Shown piece by piece: positions 1-9,530 of a stretch of DNA of 59,653 bases. Numbering within the stretch: position 1 is the stretch's first letter; each line of letters starts with the position of its first letter. A model generated the notes under the pieces. The model made no database searches. It was given only the letters and a program-made list of their open reading frames with translations, and was not told where the DNA came from. The stretch spans positions 1 to 59,653 of the forward strand of contig CAZENU010000007.1 in NCBI GenBank assembly GCA_964513735.1, read 5' to 3'. The translations under genes and the position numbers were made by a program. The stretch comes from an uncultured Dehalococcoidia bacterium. GTDB lineage: Bacteria; Chloroflexota; Dehalococcoidia; Lucifugimonadales; CAZENU01.

Positions 1-153
1 TTCGGCCTGGAGGATGGCCGGCAGCGGACCCTGGAGGAGGTGGGGCGGGACTTCGGCGTGACGCGGGAGCGCATACGCCAGATCGAGGCCAAGGCACTAC
101 GGAAGCTCCGGCACCCCAGCCGCTCCAACAAGCTGCGCGACTTCCTCGAGTAG
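1..153 (+). CDS. rpoD: RNA polymerase primary sigma factor, C-terminal region 4 (partial, runs off the window)
   Basis: Frame 1 reads [50 protein letters not shown], the canonical sigma70 region 4.2 helix-turn-helix. Confidence 0.95.
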   Translation, partial: FGLEDGRQRTLEEVGRDFGVTRERIRQIEAKALRKLRHPSRSNKLRDFLE

Positions 154-175
154 CAGCCCTCCGCCCTGCCCGACC

Positions 176-721
176 GTGGCCGCCCTCCGAGCCGATCGGC
201 TGACGCTAGACGTAGCCCACATCGACTCGCTCAGCAGCGCCCAGTGGCTAGAGATCGTCGATCTGTGCGCCCACGTCTTCGACGAGGACTTCCAGGCAAT
301 CTTCGCCAATTTGCCCGACACGACGCACGTCCTCGAGCGGGTCGACGGGGTGCTCGTCAGCCATGCGTGTTGGGTGGTCCGATGGCTTCAGCCCGGCGGC
401 CTGCGCCCGCTCCGCACGGCCTTCGTCGAGGCGGTTGCGACGGCGCCGGACCACCGTAGCCGGGGCTACGCCACCGCAGTGGTGCGGCGGACCGCGGCCG
501 AGATCGCGGGGTTCGCGTTGGGTGGGCTGTCTACCGGCATACCGGCGTTCCATGAGCGGCTCGGCTGGGAGCGGTGGCGCGGCCCGCTGTCCATTCGAAC
601 CGACGACGGCCCGGTGCCCACGCTGCAAGACAGCGCGATGGTGTTGCGCTTGGCGGCGACGCTCGAGCTGGACCTGAACGCACCGATGTTCGCGGAGTGG
701 CGTCCGGGCGAGCCGTGGTAG
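176..721 (+). CDS. GNAT acetyltransferase resembling aminoglycoside 2'-N-acetyltransferase AAC(2')-I
   Basis: Motif A VEAVATAPDHRSRGYA; WRGPLSIRT and terminal EWRPGEPW resemble AAC(2')-Ic. Confidence 0.75.
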   Translation: MAALRADRLTLDVAHIDSLSSAQWLEIVDLCAHVFDEDFQAIFANLPDTTHVLERVDGVLVSHACWVVRWLQPGGLRPLRTAFVEAVATAPDHRSRGYATAVVRRTAAEIAGFALGGLSTGIPAFHERLGWERWRGPLSIRTDDGPVPTLQDSAMVLRLAATLELDLNAPMFAEWRPGEPW

Positions 722-812
722 CGGACAAGCTCGGAGGTAGGTTCTTTCGGCGATTAACGTACGGGAGATCCTTCACCAGGCTTTCAAGTAACTGCTTGGC
801 CCTAGCGCGCTG

Positions 813-840
813 GTAGGGTCGGGTTTGAAACCCACCCTAC
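813..840. repeat. REP-like palindrome, GTAG-type family
   Basis: GTAGGGTCGGGTTTGAAACCCACCCTAC hairpin; related copy at 5844-5872. Confidence 0.7.
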
Positions 841-926
841 GGTACCCAGGACAGGGAATCGTTCTCGCCGCCATGCGGCCACAGCTACTTCCATCTGCAC
901 GATCCGCCATCGGCGAACATAACCCT

Positions 927-979
927 GCTCAGGACGAACGGATAGGGGGTCCGTGCGTGGTGTGGGCTTGCCTGACCAC
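927..979. repeat. Degenerate REP-like element (CTCAGGACGAACGG / CCGTxCGTGGTG family)
   Basis: GCTCAGGACGAACGG followed by CCGTGCGTGGTGTGGGCTTG; related to 51741-51819. Confidence 0.5.
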
Positions 980-1074
980 AGCGGATCTCGGTGAAGCCCG
1001 AAAACCGGATGACCAGTCGCGGCGGAGAAGCCGTGGCGGTGTGGTAGCGGACCCTTGTAGTACAATTTGGTAGA

Positions 1075-2244
1075 TTGCGGCCCAGCTTTGAACGAACGGA
1101 GCGCGGCAAGACATTGATTGAATCGACGCAGACTCGGACGACCGAACGCGCCGGCGGCGGGACGAAGGCCAGGCCGAAGGTTGCGGTGGTCTACACGACG
1201 CCGCAGACGATCCTGGCGGACATATCGCGGGCCATGCACCTGGCCGAGTATGAGTCGTTCCTGCCCAAGGATGTGGCGACGCTGCTCAAGGTCAACCTCT
1301 CGTGGCAGCACTACTACCCTGCCTGCTCAACGACTCCGTGGCAGCTCGACGGCGTCATCGGCACGATGAAGACGGACGGCTACGGCGAGCTGATACCGGC
1401 CCACAACGGTACTGTCGTCGTCGACCCCAAAGAAGGCGCGGCAAACAACAAGCACGAAGTCGTCGAGCGCAAGCACGGTCTTCAGAGCGTCAACCTCGAC
1501 TATCCACCGGTCGAGTGGGTGCCGTACAAGCCCAAGGCCAAAATGCTGGTCCTCGATGACATCTACCCCGAGGGCATCCAGATCCCGGAGATGTTCGTGG
1601 GGAAGAACGTGCTTCACCTGCCGACGGTCAAGACCCACGTCTTCACCACTATGACCGGCGCCATGAAGAACGCCTTCGGCGGGCTGCTGAACCGCAAGCG
1701 CCACTGGACCCACTCGGTGATCCACGAGACGCTGGTGGACCTCTTGAACATCCAGAAAGAGATTCACCCAGGCATTTTCGCGGTCACTGACGGCACCTTC
1801 GCGGGCGACGGACCCGGCCCGAGGGCGATGCGCTGGCTCGAGAAGAACGTCATCCTGGCCGGCGCGGACCAGGTGGCCATCGACGCTGTGTCGGCCCGGA
1901 TCATGGGCTTTGACCCCATGTCCATCCGGTTCATAGAGCTGGCCCACGAGATGGGTCTGGGCTGCGGGGACGTCAACCAGATCGAGGTCGTCGGCGAGGA
2001 TATCTCGGAGGTCAACTGGCACTTCAAGGGGGCGGAGAACACCTTCGCCAGCAAGGGGCAGAAGATGATTTACTGGGGGCCGCTCAAGCCCCTGGAGACG
2101 ATGCTGCTACGCTCGCCAATCGCACCCTGGTCGTTCGTCGCGTCGAACCTCTACCACAACGCCTACTGGCTGCGCTTCGTCGGGCGGAAGCGGGTCCGTG
2201 AGGCGATGAAGACGGGCTGGGGAGAGCTGTTCCGCAGCTACTGA
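1075..2244 (+). CDS. DUF362 domain protein (putative Fe-S protein); true start may be about 1114
   Basis: LLKVNL, LPTVKTHVFTTMTGAMKNAFGG and DQVAIDAVSARIMGFDP motifs typical of DUF362. Confidence 0.85.
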   Translation: MRPSFERTERGKTLIESTQTRTTERAGGGTKARPKVAVVYTTPQTILADISRAMHLAEYESFLPKDVATLLKVNLSWQHYYPACSTTPWQLDGVIGTMKTDGYGELIPAHNGTVVVDPKEGAANNKHEVVERKHGLQSVNLDYPPVEWVPYKPKAKMLVLDDIYPEGIQIPEMFVGKNVLHLPTVKTHVFTTMTGAMKNAFGGLLNRKRHWTHSVIHETLVDLLNIQKEIHPGIFAVTDGTFAGDGPGPRAMRWLEKNVILAGADQVAIDAVSARIMGFDPMSIRFIELAHEMGLGCGDVNQIEVVGEDISEVNWHFKGAENTFASKGQKMIYWGPLKPLETMLLRSPIAPWSFVASNLYHNAYWLRFVGRKRVREAMKTGWGELFRSY

Positions 2245-2981
2245 ACCAGCACCATGTGCACCTCGGCCGGCCCGTGTACGCCGGTCACGATGGTGGACTC
2301 GATGTCCGCCGACCGGCTCGGCCCGCTGATGATGTTCATGTAGTGACGTCTCGGGTTGCGCAGCAGCTCCCGTCTCCGCAGGGTGAACAGCTCATCGAGG
2401 CCGGGAAGGACCTGACCGCTCCTCACCACGGCCACGTGCACCGGCGGGAGCAGCGACGCCAGTCGGGCGACTCCCGGTCGGGCGATGACGACAGCAGATC
2501 CGGTCTCCGCCAGCGCGTAGTCGACGCCGGTGACGCCTAGGCCCGCCTCCAGCGTCTTCTCGCGCAGCTCCCTTCGGTCCGCTTCCGGTACCGGACCGCC
2601 GCTCCGTCCCTTGACGGTCGAGCCCACCAGCTCTATCCCCGCACTGTCCAGAGCCTCTGCCAACCCAATCTCGCCAAGGACGGGGTGGGCTGTACGAACG
2701 ACGCTGCGGGCGCGTCGTTCGACGGCCACACCCGCGACATACGCACCCGCGGCCGACGGCGTCTCGACCCGATGCACGATGCAGCCGGCCCGGGCCGCCG
2801 ACTCCTCCAGACCGGCGAGCAGCTCTGCGCCCCTCCGGCGGGCGTCCTCGACGACCGCGGCGGCCCGCTCCTCAAGACCCGCAGCGTCGTGCAGCAGTCC
2901 GGCGTCGCCGGCCGAGTGGGCGCCGGCAGGGCGGCCGAGGGCCTGGCGGAGGGTCTCAAAAAAGACGTCGCGTCCGGTCAC
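2238..2981 (-). CDS. lutC: Lactate utilisation protein C (LUD/YkgG domain)
   Basis: ALAETGS, SLLPPVHVA, ISGPSRSADIE and GVHGP motifs; GTG start overlaps the lutB stop (GTGA). Confidence 0.88.
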   Translation of the reverse strand: MTGRDVFFETLRQALGRPAGAHSAGDAGLLHDAAGLEERAAAVVEDARRRGAELLAGLEESAARAGCIVHRVETPSAAGAYVAGVAVERRARSVVRTAHPVLGEIGLAEALDSAGIELVGSTVKGRSGGPVPEADRRELREKTLEAGLGVTGVDYALAETGSAVVIARPGVARLASLLPPVHVAVVRSGQVLPGLDELFTLRRRELLRNPRRHYMNIISGPSRSADIESTIVTGVHGPAEVHMVLVQ

Positions 2982-4396
2982 GGCTTGCGCCACCGTGCAC
3001 GGAAGGGCCGGGATGCGATGGCCGGGAGGTCCCGGTATCGCGTCCAGCCCCCGAGCGACCCCGGTAGCCTGGCCACACTTCCGCCGCTGCGGAGCGGCAG
3101 CAGAGCCAGCCTGGCGAGCCTGTTGGCCACTCCCATCGCAAACGGGCTCGACACCGACATACGCCACAGCTTGATCGCCAACCGTTCGGAGAGGGGCGCG
3201 CTCCGGTCACCGGGATACGTTTCGCCGGTCGCGATCTCCTTGCGGAGGTGCAGCAGCATGCGCGGCATGTCGATCCGCACCGGGCACACCTCGCGGCAGT
3301 TGCCGCAGAGCGTGGACGCGTGCGGCAGGTCGCGGGCATCAGAGAGACTGGTCAGCATGGGCGAAACGATGGCGCCTATCGGTCCGGGGTAGACCCAGCC
3401 GTAGGCGTGACCGCCGACCTTGCGATAGACCGGGCAGGCGTTGAGACAGGCACCGCATCGAATGCAGTAGAGTGCCTCGCGCAGCTCCAGACTGGCGAGC
3501 AAGCGAGACCGCCCGTTGTCCACGACCACCATGTGGAACTCGTCGGGACCGTCTTCGGCGCCCTCCGCCCGGGGGCCGGTCACCGTGGTCACGTAGCTGG
3601 AGAGACGCTGTCCGGTGGCGGACCGGACCAGGAGCCTCAGGAAAAGCCCCATGTCCTCTATCGATGGGACGACCCTCTCCATACCCATGATGGCCACGTG
3701 AATCCGCGGCATCGACGTGCACATACGCCCGTTGCCCTCGTTGGTAACCAGGACGACGGTGCCGGTCTCCGCCACGACGAAGTTGGCGCCTGTGATGCCC
3801 ATGTCGGCCCGAGTGAACTTGTCGCGGAGATGGACTCTTGCCTCGGCCGTGAGCTCTGCTATATCGTCGTGTGGAGACGTCTTGTGTTTCTCCTGGAACA
3901 GATTCGACACCTCTTGCCGCGACTTGTGGATGGCAGGCGCGATTATGTGGAAGGGCGTCTCGTCGGCGAGCTGGATGATGTACTCGCCCAGGTCGGTCTC
4001 CACGGACTCGATGCCCTCTTCCTCGAGGCGTTGGTTCAGCCCCATCTCCTCGGACAGCATCGACTTGCCCTTGATCACAATGCGGACTCCTCTGGAGCGG
4101 GCCAACTCGATGACGTATCGGGTGGCCGACTCGGCGTCTGTGGCGAAGAAGACGTTTCCGCCGGCCGCGACCACATTGCGCTCGGTCATCTCAAGGTAGT
4201 AGTCCAGGTTGTCGAGGGTGTGGGCCTTGACGTCGCGGGCGCGATCGCGCATCGACTCCCAGCCGGGCGTCTCCTCGGCGGCCTGGTCGCGGGCCTGATG
4301 GAAGCCGCGGTACAGGCCGTCTAGGTTGGCCTGCACCTGCTTATTCCCAATGGCGGCCACGACGGCCTGCTTGAACTCTTTCGTTCTCGGCTTCAT
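2978..4396 (-). CDS. lutB: Lactate utilisation protein B, Fe-S subunit
   Basis: KSMLSEE, ETDLGEYIIQL, CIRCGACLNACPVY, YPGPIG and CGNCREVCPV motifs. Confidence 0.95.
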   Translation of the reverse strand: MKPRTKEFKQAVVAAIGNKQVQANLDGLYRGFHQARDQAAEETPGWESMRDRARDVKAHTLDNLDYYLEMTERNVVAAGGNVFFATDAESATRYVIELARSRGVRIVIKGKSMLSEEMGLNQRLEEEGIESVETDLGEYIIQLADETPFHIIAPAIHKSRQEVSNLFQEKHKTSPHDDIAELTAEARVHLRDKFTRADMGITGANFVVAETGTVVLVTNEGNGRMCTSMPRIHVAIMGMERVVPSIEDMGLFLRLLVRSATGQRLSSYVTTVTGPRAEGAEDGPDEFHMVVVDNGRSRLLASLELREALYCIRCGACLNACPVYRKVGGHAYGWVYPGPIGAIVSPMLTSLSDARDLPHASTLCGNCREVCPVRIDMPRMLLHLRKEIATGETYPGDRSAPLSERLAIKLWRMSVSSPFAMGVANRLARLALLPLRSGGSVARLPGSLGGWTRYRDLPAIASRPFRARWRKP

Positions 4397-5175
4397 GTAC
4401 GCGACTCGGGGCGGGTGGCCTCGTCGAGGAGTTGGGCGATGTGGAGCGGGCGGACGTCGATCTGCTGTCGGCTGAGGCCGCCCCCGATCTGCATCAGGCA
4501 GCTGCTGTCGCAGGCGACCACGGTCCCGGCGCCCGAGCCGTGGATGTCGTCGAGCTTGTCTTGGAGCATCGCCGCAGAGATCTCAGGGTACTTGACGGAG
4601 AAGGTGCCGCCGAACCCGCAGCAGACGTCGGTCCGGTCCATCTCGACCAGATCGATACCGGGCAGCGAGTCGATCAGGGCCCGTGGCTGGGTAACGACGC
4701 CGAGCTCGCGGGTGAGATGGCACCCTGGGTGGTAGGTGATTTTCTTCCCTGCACTCGATGCACTGCCGGCCCCTACCGTTGACACGTCGGTGACGCCGAG
4801 GACGTCGACTATAAACTCCGAGAGCTCGAAAACCCGCGGTGCCAGCTCGCGCACTTTCGCGAGCTGCTCGGGCTGGTCGTGGAGTAGCTCGGCGTAGAAG
4901 ATCCGAATCATGGCGGCGCAGGAACCGGACGGCACGACGACGTAGCGGTCTCCTTCGAACACGTCCAGGAAGCGCTTCGCCAGCGGCCTGGCGTCGTTCC
5001 AGAAGCCGGAATTGAAGGCGGGTTGGCCACAGCAGGTCTGGCCTGAAGGGAAGTCAAGATCGACGCCGAGCCTGGTGAGGACCGCCACGGTGCTCTCGCC
5101 GACCCCCGGGTAGAACTGGTCTACTATGCAAGTCGCGAAGAGCGATGCCGCGACGGGCCGGGCAGAGTCGCTCAA
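4393..5175 (-). CDS. lutA: Lactate utilisation protein A, CCG-domain Fe-S oxidoreductase
   Basis: LFATCIVD, QTCCGQPAFNSG, PSGSC and CCGFGGTFSVK motifs; start placed at TTG 5175 by inspection. Confidence 0.92.
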   Translation of the reverse strand: MSDSARPVAASLFATCIVDQFYPGVGESTVAVLTRLGVDLDFPSGQTCCGQPAFNSGFWNDARPLAKRFLDVFEGDRYVVVPSGSCAAMIRIFYAELLHDQPEQLAKVRELAPRVFELSEFIVDVLGVTDVSTVGAGSASSAGKKITYHPGCHLTRELGVVTQPRALIDSLPGIDLVEMDRTDVCCGFGGTFSVKYPEISAAMLQDKLDDIHGSGAGTVVACDSSCLMQIGGGLSRQQIDVRPLHIAQLLDEATRPESRT

Positions 5176-5185
5176 CTGAACGTGC

Positions 5186-5773
5186 TCACGAGGCCGATGG
5201 ACCCGACCAGGGGCCGAGGTCGATCCGGGCCATCCGCTGTTCGGACCAGACGACCTCCACCTCGACCTTTCGCTCCCACTCCCCGGCCCACTCAGGCGGG
5301 ATAACCTGCTTGGCGTACCGCCACGAGAGAGGTCCGCCCTGGCTAACCGTCTTGCCGTCAACCACCTCCGCCAGGAAGCACGTCATGTCGCCACCGTCCA
5401 TGGCGTTGACAACCCTGCAGTCGAGATACCCCCAGCAGTCGGCGAGTAGTGGGCTGCCGGTGGGTCCGGCTTCGTACTCGTACGGCTCGAGCTTTTCGAC
5501 GTCCCGGCCGGAGCGCAGTCCGAAATCGTGGATGGGTTGGAGCTGGTCCTTGCGCAGGAAGTTCAGGCAGAAGGCGCCGCTACCGTAGACCATGTCGTGG
5601 CTGAGGTTGCGCTTGTATATCTGAACGGCGACGCGGGGCTGGTCCGGTACGATAGACGCGCCTCCGATAGCGACGGCGATCTGCGCGTTGTCTCGGCCGC
5701 GCCACGAGCTTGTGACGGCCGCGATAGGCGACCAGAGCTCCCTCATGATTGGCACGATGTTCGCGTAGTCCAT
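5186..5773 (-). CDS. Flavin reductase-like FMN-binding protein
   Basis: FCLNFL, FGLRSGRDVEKL, TGSPLL and YLDCRVV...GGDMTCFLAEV split-barrel motifs. Confidence 0.85.
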   Translation of the reverse strand: MDYANIVPIMRELWSPIAAVTSSWRGRDNAQIAVAIGGASIVPDQPRVAVQIYKRNLSHDMVYGSGAFCLNFLRKDQLQPIHDFGLRSGRDVEKLEPYEYEAGPTGSPLLADCWGYLDCRVVNAMDGGDMTCFLAEVVDGKTVSQGGPLSWRYAKQVIPPEWAGEWERKVEVEVVWSEQRMARIDLGPWSGPSAS

Positions 5774-5843
5774 CAACACATTCGGGCGGTCTTGGCAAGA
5801 TGCCACATACTCTAGCATACGGATGCCTACCATCTGCCGGAGG

Positions 5844-5872
5844 GCAGGAGCAGGCTTGAAACCTGCCCCTAC
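5844..5872. repeat. REP-like palindrome, GTAG-type family
   Basis: GCAGGAGCAGGCTTGAAACCTGCCCCTAC, similar to 813-840. Confidence 0.65.
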
Positions 5873-5910
5873 ATCACCGAATCGGCTGCGTCTGCGACAT
5901 TCACTGGATC

Positions 5911-6472
5911 TCAGAGGTCGGCGAGGTCAACCTGCTCGTAGATGTAGCGACGAAGGAAGGCGATGAGCGTGGTCGCCGCCAGGTGTGCGGTACGTCCCGA
6001 CGGGTCCAGGGGACGGGGAAACCTCGCAGAGGCCCACCGCGCCCACGACGTCATAGCCGCCGAGAAGCCCGGCGGCGCGGATGAGGTCTCCGGCGGTCGA
6101 TGCCTTCGAAGACCGGTACGCCGGTCCCCGGCGCCTGGGAGCCGTCCACCACGTCGATGTCGATGCTGATGTAGGCCGCGTCGGCACCATCCGCCGCGAC
6201 CTCCATCGCCTCCCCGACGACCTCCTCGACGCCGCGGGCCCGAACGTCCTGCGCCGTGATAATCTTGAGCTTCCGCGACCTGTAGATGCGGTACATGTCC
6301 GCGTCCAGGACGCTGCCGTTGAGCCCGATCCACGCCATGTTCTTGTATGAGACCGACGCGTTCTCGCTGATGCGCCGGACGCATGTGCCGTGGTTGTAGC
6401 GCCCCAGCTCGCCGTAGCTGTCCCGGAAGTCGAGGTGGCTGTCGACGCGGATGTGGCCGAGCCGCGGGACGG
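5911..6472 (-). pseudogene. Agmatinase/arginase-family (ureohydrolase) pseudogene, 5'-truncated with two frameshifts
   Basis: VDSHLD, SIDIDVVD, APGTG and EVSPxLDPSGRTA are spread over three frames (shifts near 6098 and 6013). The N-terminal part with GGDH is absent. Confidence 0.85.
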
Positions 6473-6495
6473 TCAGCCGGAGTTGGTGCTCCCGA

Positions 6496-6810
6496 CTAGT
6501 TCATCCGCTCGTGGCCGCCATTCCCATCGAAGTTGCGGGTGCTGAAGACACCTAGGTCGCGTCCCTGGTGCACGTGGACGATGATCTCTTGCCTGGTGAT
6601 GCCAAGCGAGTCCAGCAGCTCCTCGTCGATGGTGTCGACCAGGTCCTGGATCTCGTCGTTGGTCAGACTCTCGGCGATGCTCAGCGTGGCATGAATGATG
6701 TTCTGCGCGAAATGGATGTCGACCCGCCCGAGCGCGGTGTCGTCCTGCATCACCGTGTAGCACTCGGACTGCGGCGTCCTGCATTCGCGCTCGAAGTAGA
6801 AGTTGATCAA
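6496..6810 (-). CDS. Acidic hypothetical protein (104 aa) downstream of proA
   Basis: GGAGG ribosome-binding site, TTG start, GC3-rich codons, globular acidic composition. Confidence 0.8.
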   Translation of the reverse strand: MINFYFERECRTPQSECYTVMQDDTALGRVDIHFAQNIIHATLSIAESLTNDEIQDLVDTIDEELLDSLGITRQEIIVHVHQGRDLGVFSTRNFDGNGGHERMN

Positions 6811-6830
6811 CGTGCCTCCCTACGCTGCCC

Positions 6831-6890
6831 GGTCCCTGTCCTGAACCTTCCCCCACGGGGGATCAGACAGGACGGGGACAAACGGGGACC
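6831..6890. repeat. Intergenic imperfect hairpin (REP-like)
   Basis: GGTCCC-TGTCCTGA...TCCCCC-AC-GGGGGA...TCAGACAGGAC...GGGACC. Confidence 0.45.
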
Positions 6891-6893
6891 GTG

Positions 6894-8183
6894 CTAGGTG
6901 CGGACCTGGCCGCTCCCTATGACCGTCCACTTGTAGGACGTCAGCTCTTTGAGACCTATGGGCCCTCTGGCGTGCAGCTTGCTCGTACTGATCCCCACCT
7001 CGGCCCCGAGGCCAAACTGGCCGCCGTCATTGAAGCGGGTCGAGGCGTTGACCATCACGACACCCGCGTCAACCTCGTCTAGGAACCGGTTGGCGGCGGC
7101 GTAGCTATCCGTGACGATGGCCTCGGTGTGGCCGGACGTATACGCGTCGATGTGATCGAGAGCTTCGTCGATGGAGTCGACGATTCTTATCGCGGCGGTC
7201 AGAGACAGAAACTCCTTACCCCAATCGTTGTCCGTGGCGGCCACGGTGTTGGCGCCGGCGACGTCGCCGAGCATCGTGAGCGCGCGCCGGTCGCACCGGA
7301 CCTCGACCCCCGCGTCCTTCCAGTCGGCGGCAAGCTCGGCCAGAAACCGCGGGGCGACCGCCGAGTGGACGAGCAGCGTGTCGAGGGCGTTGCAGACATA
7401 AGGTCGGGACAGCTTGGCGTTGCTGGCGATGCTCAAGGCCATCTCTACGTCGGCCGCGCGGTCTACGTAGATGTGACAGACGCCTATCCCACCCGTGATG
7501 GCTGGCATCGTCGCTTCTTCAGCCACACGGCGCACGAGATCGGCGCCTCCACGGGGCACAACCAGGTCGATGTGCTCTCTCATAGCCAGCAGTTGGCCAA
7601 CGAGGGCGCGGTCGGTGGACTCTATGAACTGCACGGCGTCTCTGGGCAGGCCCGCGGCCTTGACGGCGTCACGTATGACCCGGGCCAGCGTGGAGTTGGA
7701 GTTGAAGGCCTCCTTGCCGCCGCGCAGGATGGTAGCGTTGCCCGACTTGATGCAGAGCGCGGCGATGTCCAAGGTAACATTGGGCCGGCTCTCGTAGATG
7801 GCGCATATCACACCGAGCGGCACGCGCCGCTTGCCCAGCCTGAGGCCGTTGGGCATGTCGCGGGCGTCGAACGTCTCGGCCAGCGGGTCCGGAAGCGCCT
7901 GGACCTGCTTAACGCCGTCGGCCATGTCCTCCAGCCCTTCCGGAGTGATGACAAGCCGGTCGAGTACCGCATCGGTGAGCCCGTCGCTTCTTCCGGCGGC
8001 CATATCGGCCGCGTTGGCCTTCAGGACCTCGGCCTGACGCGACACCAGCCCCTCCGCGATATTGGCCAGCGCCTGGTCTTTCAGCGACGCCGAGAGCTTG
8101 CCGAGGCGCCGCGACGCCAGGCGAGCGCTGTCGCCGATCTTCTTCAGGTCAGGTGTTACTGCTGTTGCCATGTCGAACGCCAT
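6894..8183 (-). CDS. proA: Gamma-glutamyl phosphate reductase
   Basis: VPLGVICAIYESRPNVT, LRGGKEA, PRGG, CNALDTLLVH and NASTRFNDGGQFGLGAEVGISTSKLHARGP; ATG 8183 follows GGAGAGG. Confidence 0.97.
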   Translation of the reverse strand: MAFDMATAVTPDLKKIGDSARLASRRLGKLSASLKDQALANIAEGLVSRQAEVLKANAADMAAGRSDGLTDAVLDRLVITPEGLEDMADGVKQVQALPDPLAETFDARDMPNGLRLGKRRVPLGVICAIYESRPNVTLDIAALCIKSGNATILRGGKEAFNSNSTLARVIRDAVKAAGLPRDAVQFIESTDRALVGQLLAMREHIDLVVPRGGADLVRRVAEEATMPAITGGIGVCHIYVDRAADVEMALSIASNAKLSRPYVCNALDTLLVHSAVAPRFLAELAADWKDAGVEVRCDRRALTMLGDVAGANTVAATDNDWGKEFLSLTAAIRIVDSIDEALDHIDAYTSGHTEAIVTDSYAAANRFLDEVDAGVVMVNASTRFNDGGQFGLGAEVGISTSKLHARGPIGLKELTSYKWTVIGSGQVRT

Positions 8184-8195
8184 TGCCTCTCCACC

Positions 8196-8223
8196 CAGAC
8201 CCTTCGCTTCGCTCAGGGAGACA
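8196..8223. repeat. REP-like element (CTGAGCGAAGCGAAGG family) between proB and proA
   Basis: Reverse complement reads TGTCTCCCTGAGCGAAGCGAAGGGTCTG. Confidence 0.55.
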
Positions 8224-8245
8224 TTGCTGCGAGGTGCCCTGCATA

Positions 8246-9427
8246 CTACAGGACAACCATATTGTTGCGGTGGACCGCCTCGTCGCCGTAGTGGTGGCCA
8301 ACGAGCTGCTCGATCTGGTCCGACTGGGAGCCCTTGATCTTGGCCAGGTCGTCTGAGCCGTAGTTGACTATTCCCGCGGCGATACGATCGCGGGCCGGGT
8401 CGAGTATCGAGACTATATCGCCTCGCTCGAAGGAGCCAAGCACCTCCACGACACCGGCCGGGAGCAGGCTCCCGCGTCCATCGACGAGCGCGCGCCGCGC
8501 CCCTTGGTCGACGACTATCTCGACCATCTCGCTGCTGTTCGAGAGCTCGCTGAGCATCCATCGCTTGCGGCTCTCCATTTTGGTCGCGGTGGACGGGAAA
8601 AAAGTGCCGATCCGCTCGCCCCTGGCCAGCCTGGTGATGACGTCGCTCTCAAGTCCGCTCGCGATGACGACGTCGATCCCTGAGGCGGTGGCCAGCCTTG
8701 CGGCGTCGAGTTTGGTCGCCATGCCACCCTGGCCCTGGTCGTTCCACGACCGGCCGCCCATCGCCTCAACGGCATCGTCCAGTCGCTCGACGGTGCGTAC
8801 GAGCGTGGCATCGGGATCGACGTTGGGGTCAGCGGTGTGCAGCCCGTCCACCTGTCCGAGCAGCACCAGCAGGTCCGCGTCTACCAGGTTGGCCACCAGG
8901 GCGGAGAGGCTGTCGTTGTCGCCGAAAACCTGGCCCGAGAGCTCGTCGTCCGCCACGACGTCGTTCTCGTTGATTATGGGTATCACGCCAAGCTCAAGTA
9001 GGGACAGCAGAGTGTTGCGGACGTTGAGGTACCCCAGCCGGTCGTCGAAGTCGGCGCGGGTCAACAGCGCCTGGGCGACGAGAATCTGGTGCCGATCGAA
9101 GATCTGCTCGTAGGCATGCATTAGGCGACCCTGGCCGACGGCCGCGAGCACCTGTTTGAATGGCACGTTCCGGCTGCCGCTGGATACGCAGAGGGCGTGG
9201 CGGCCCGCGGCCACCGCCCCGGACGAGACCAGTAGGGTCCCCACCTCGGCGGAATGAAGGCTCGCGAACTGCTCTGCCAGCGTAGCCATGACCTGGAGGT
9301 TGACCCGGTCGGAGCCGTGGGTGAGCAGGGTCGTGCCTGCCTTGACCACGATTCGGCAGTAGGAGACGGACTCCCGGTTGGAGCCTTCCTGCGCCAGGTC
9401 TATATTGCGATCCTTGTGGGACAGCAT
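8246..9427 (-). CDS. proB: Glutamate 5-kinase with PUA domain
   Basis: IVVKAGT, VSSGAVAAG, AAVGQ, PIINEND, FGDNDSLSA, GGMATKL and SLLPAGV motifs. Confidence 0.97.
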   Translation of the reverse strand: MLSHKDRNIDLAQEGSNRESVSYCRIVVKAGTTLLTHGSDRVNLQVMATLAEQFASLHSAEVGTLLVSSGAVAAGRHALCVSSGSRNVPFKQVLAAVGQGRLMHAYEQIFDRHQILVAQALLTRADFDDRLGYLNVRNTLLSLLELGVIPIINENDVVADDELSGQVFGDNDSLSALVANLVDADLLVLLGQVDGLHTADPNVDPDATLVRTVERLDDAVEAMGGRSWNDQGQGGMATKLDAARLATASGIDVVIASGLESDVITRLARGERIGTFFPSTATKMESRKRWMLSELSNSSEMVEIVVDQGARRALVDGRGSLLPAGVVEVLGSFERGDIVSILDPARDRIAAGIVNYGSDDLAKIKGSQSDQIEQLVGHHYGDEAVHRNNMVVL

Positions 9428-9474
9428 GAGGAAAGTAGTAAAGAGGCCGACGCGTCTCCGGGTAATCCGCTGTC

Positions 9475-9503
9475 ATTATAGCAGCGCGCATTCGGACCAC
9501 CAA
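9475..9503 (-). promoter_or_regulatory. Sigma70-type promoter for proBA
   Basis: TTGGTG-N17-TATAAT with extended -10 (TGC-TATAAT) on the minus strand. Confidence 0.6.
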
Positions 9504-9505
9504 CG

Positions 9506-9530
9506 AAAAGGGAGGCGCTCCGGGCGCCTC
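9506..9530 (-). terminator. Rho-independent terminator after the TolB-like gene
   Basis: GAGGCGC-CCGGA-GCGCCTC stem-loop followed by CCTTTT. Confidence 0.55.
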
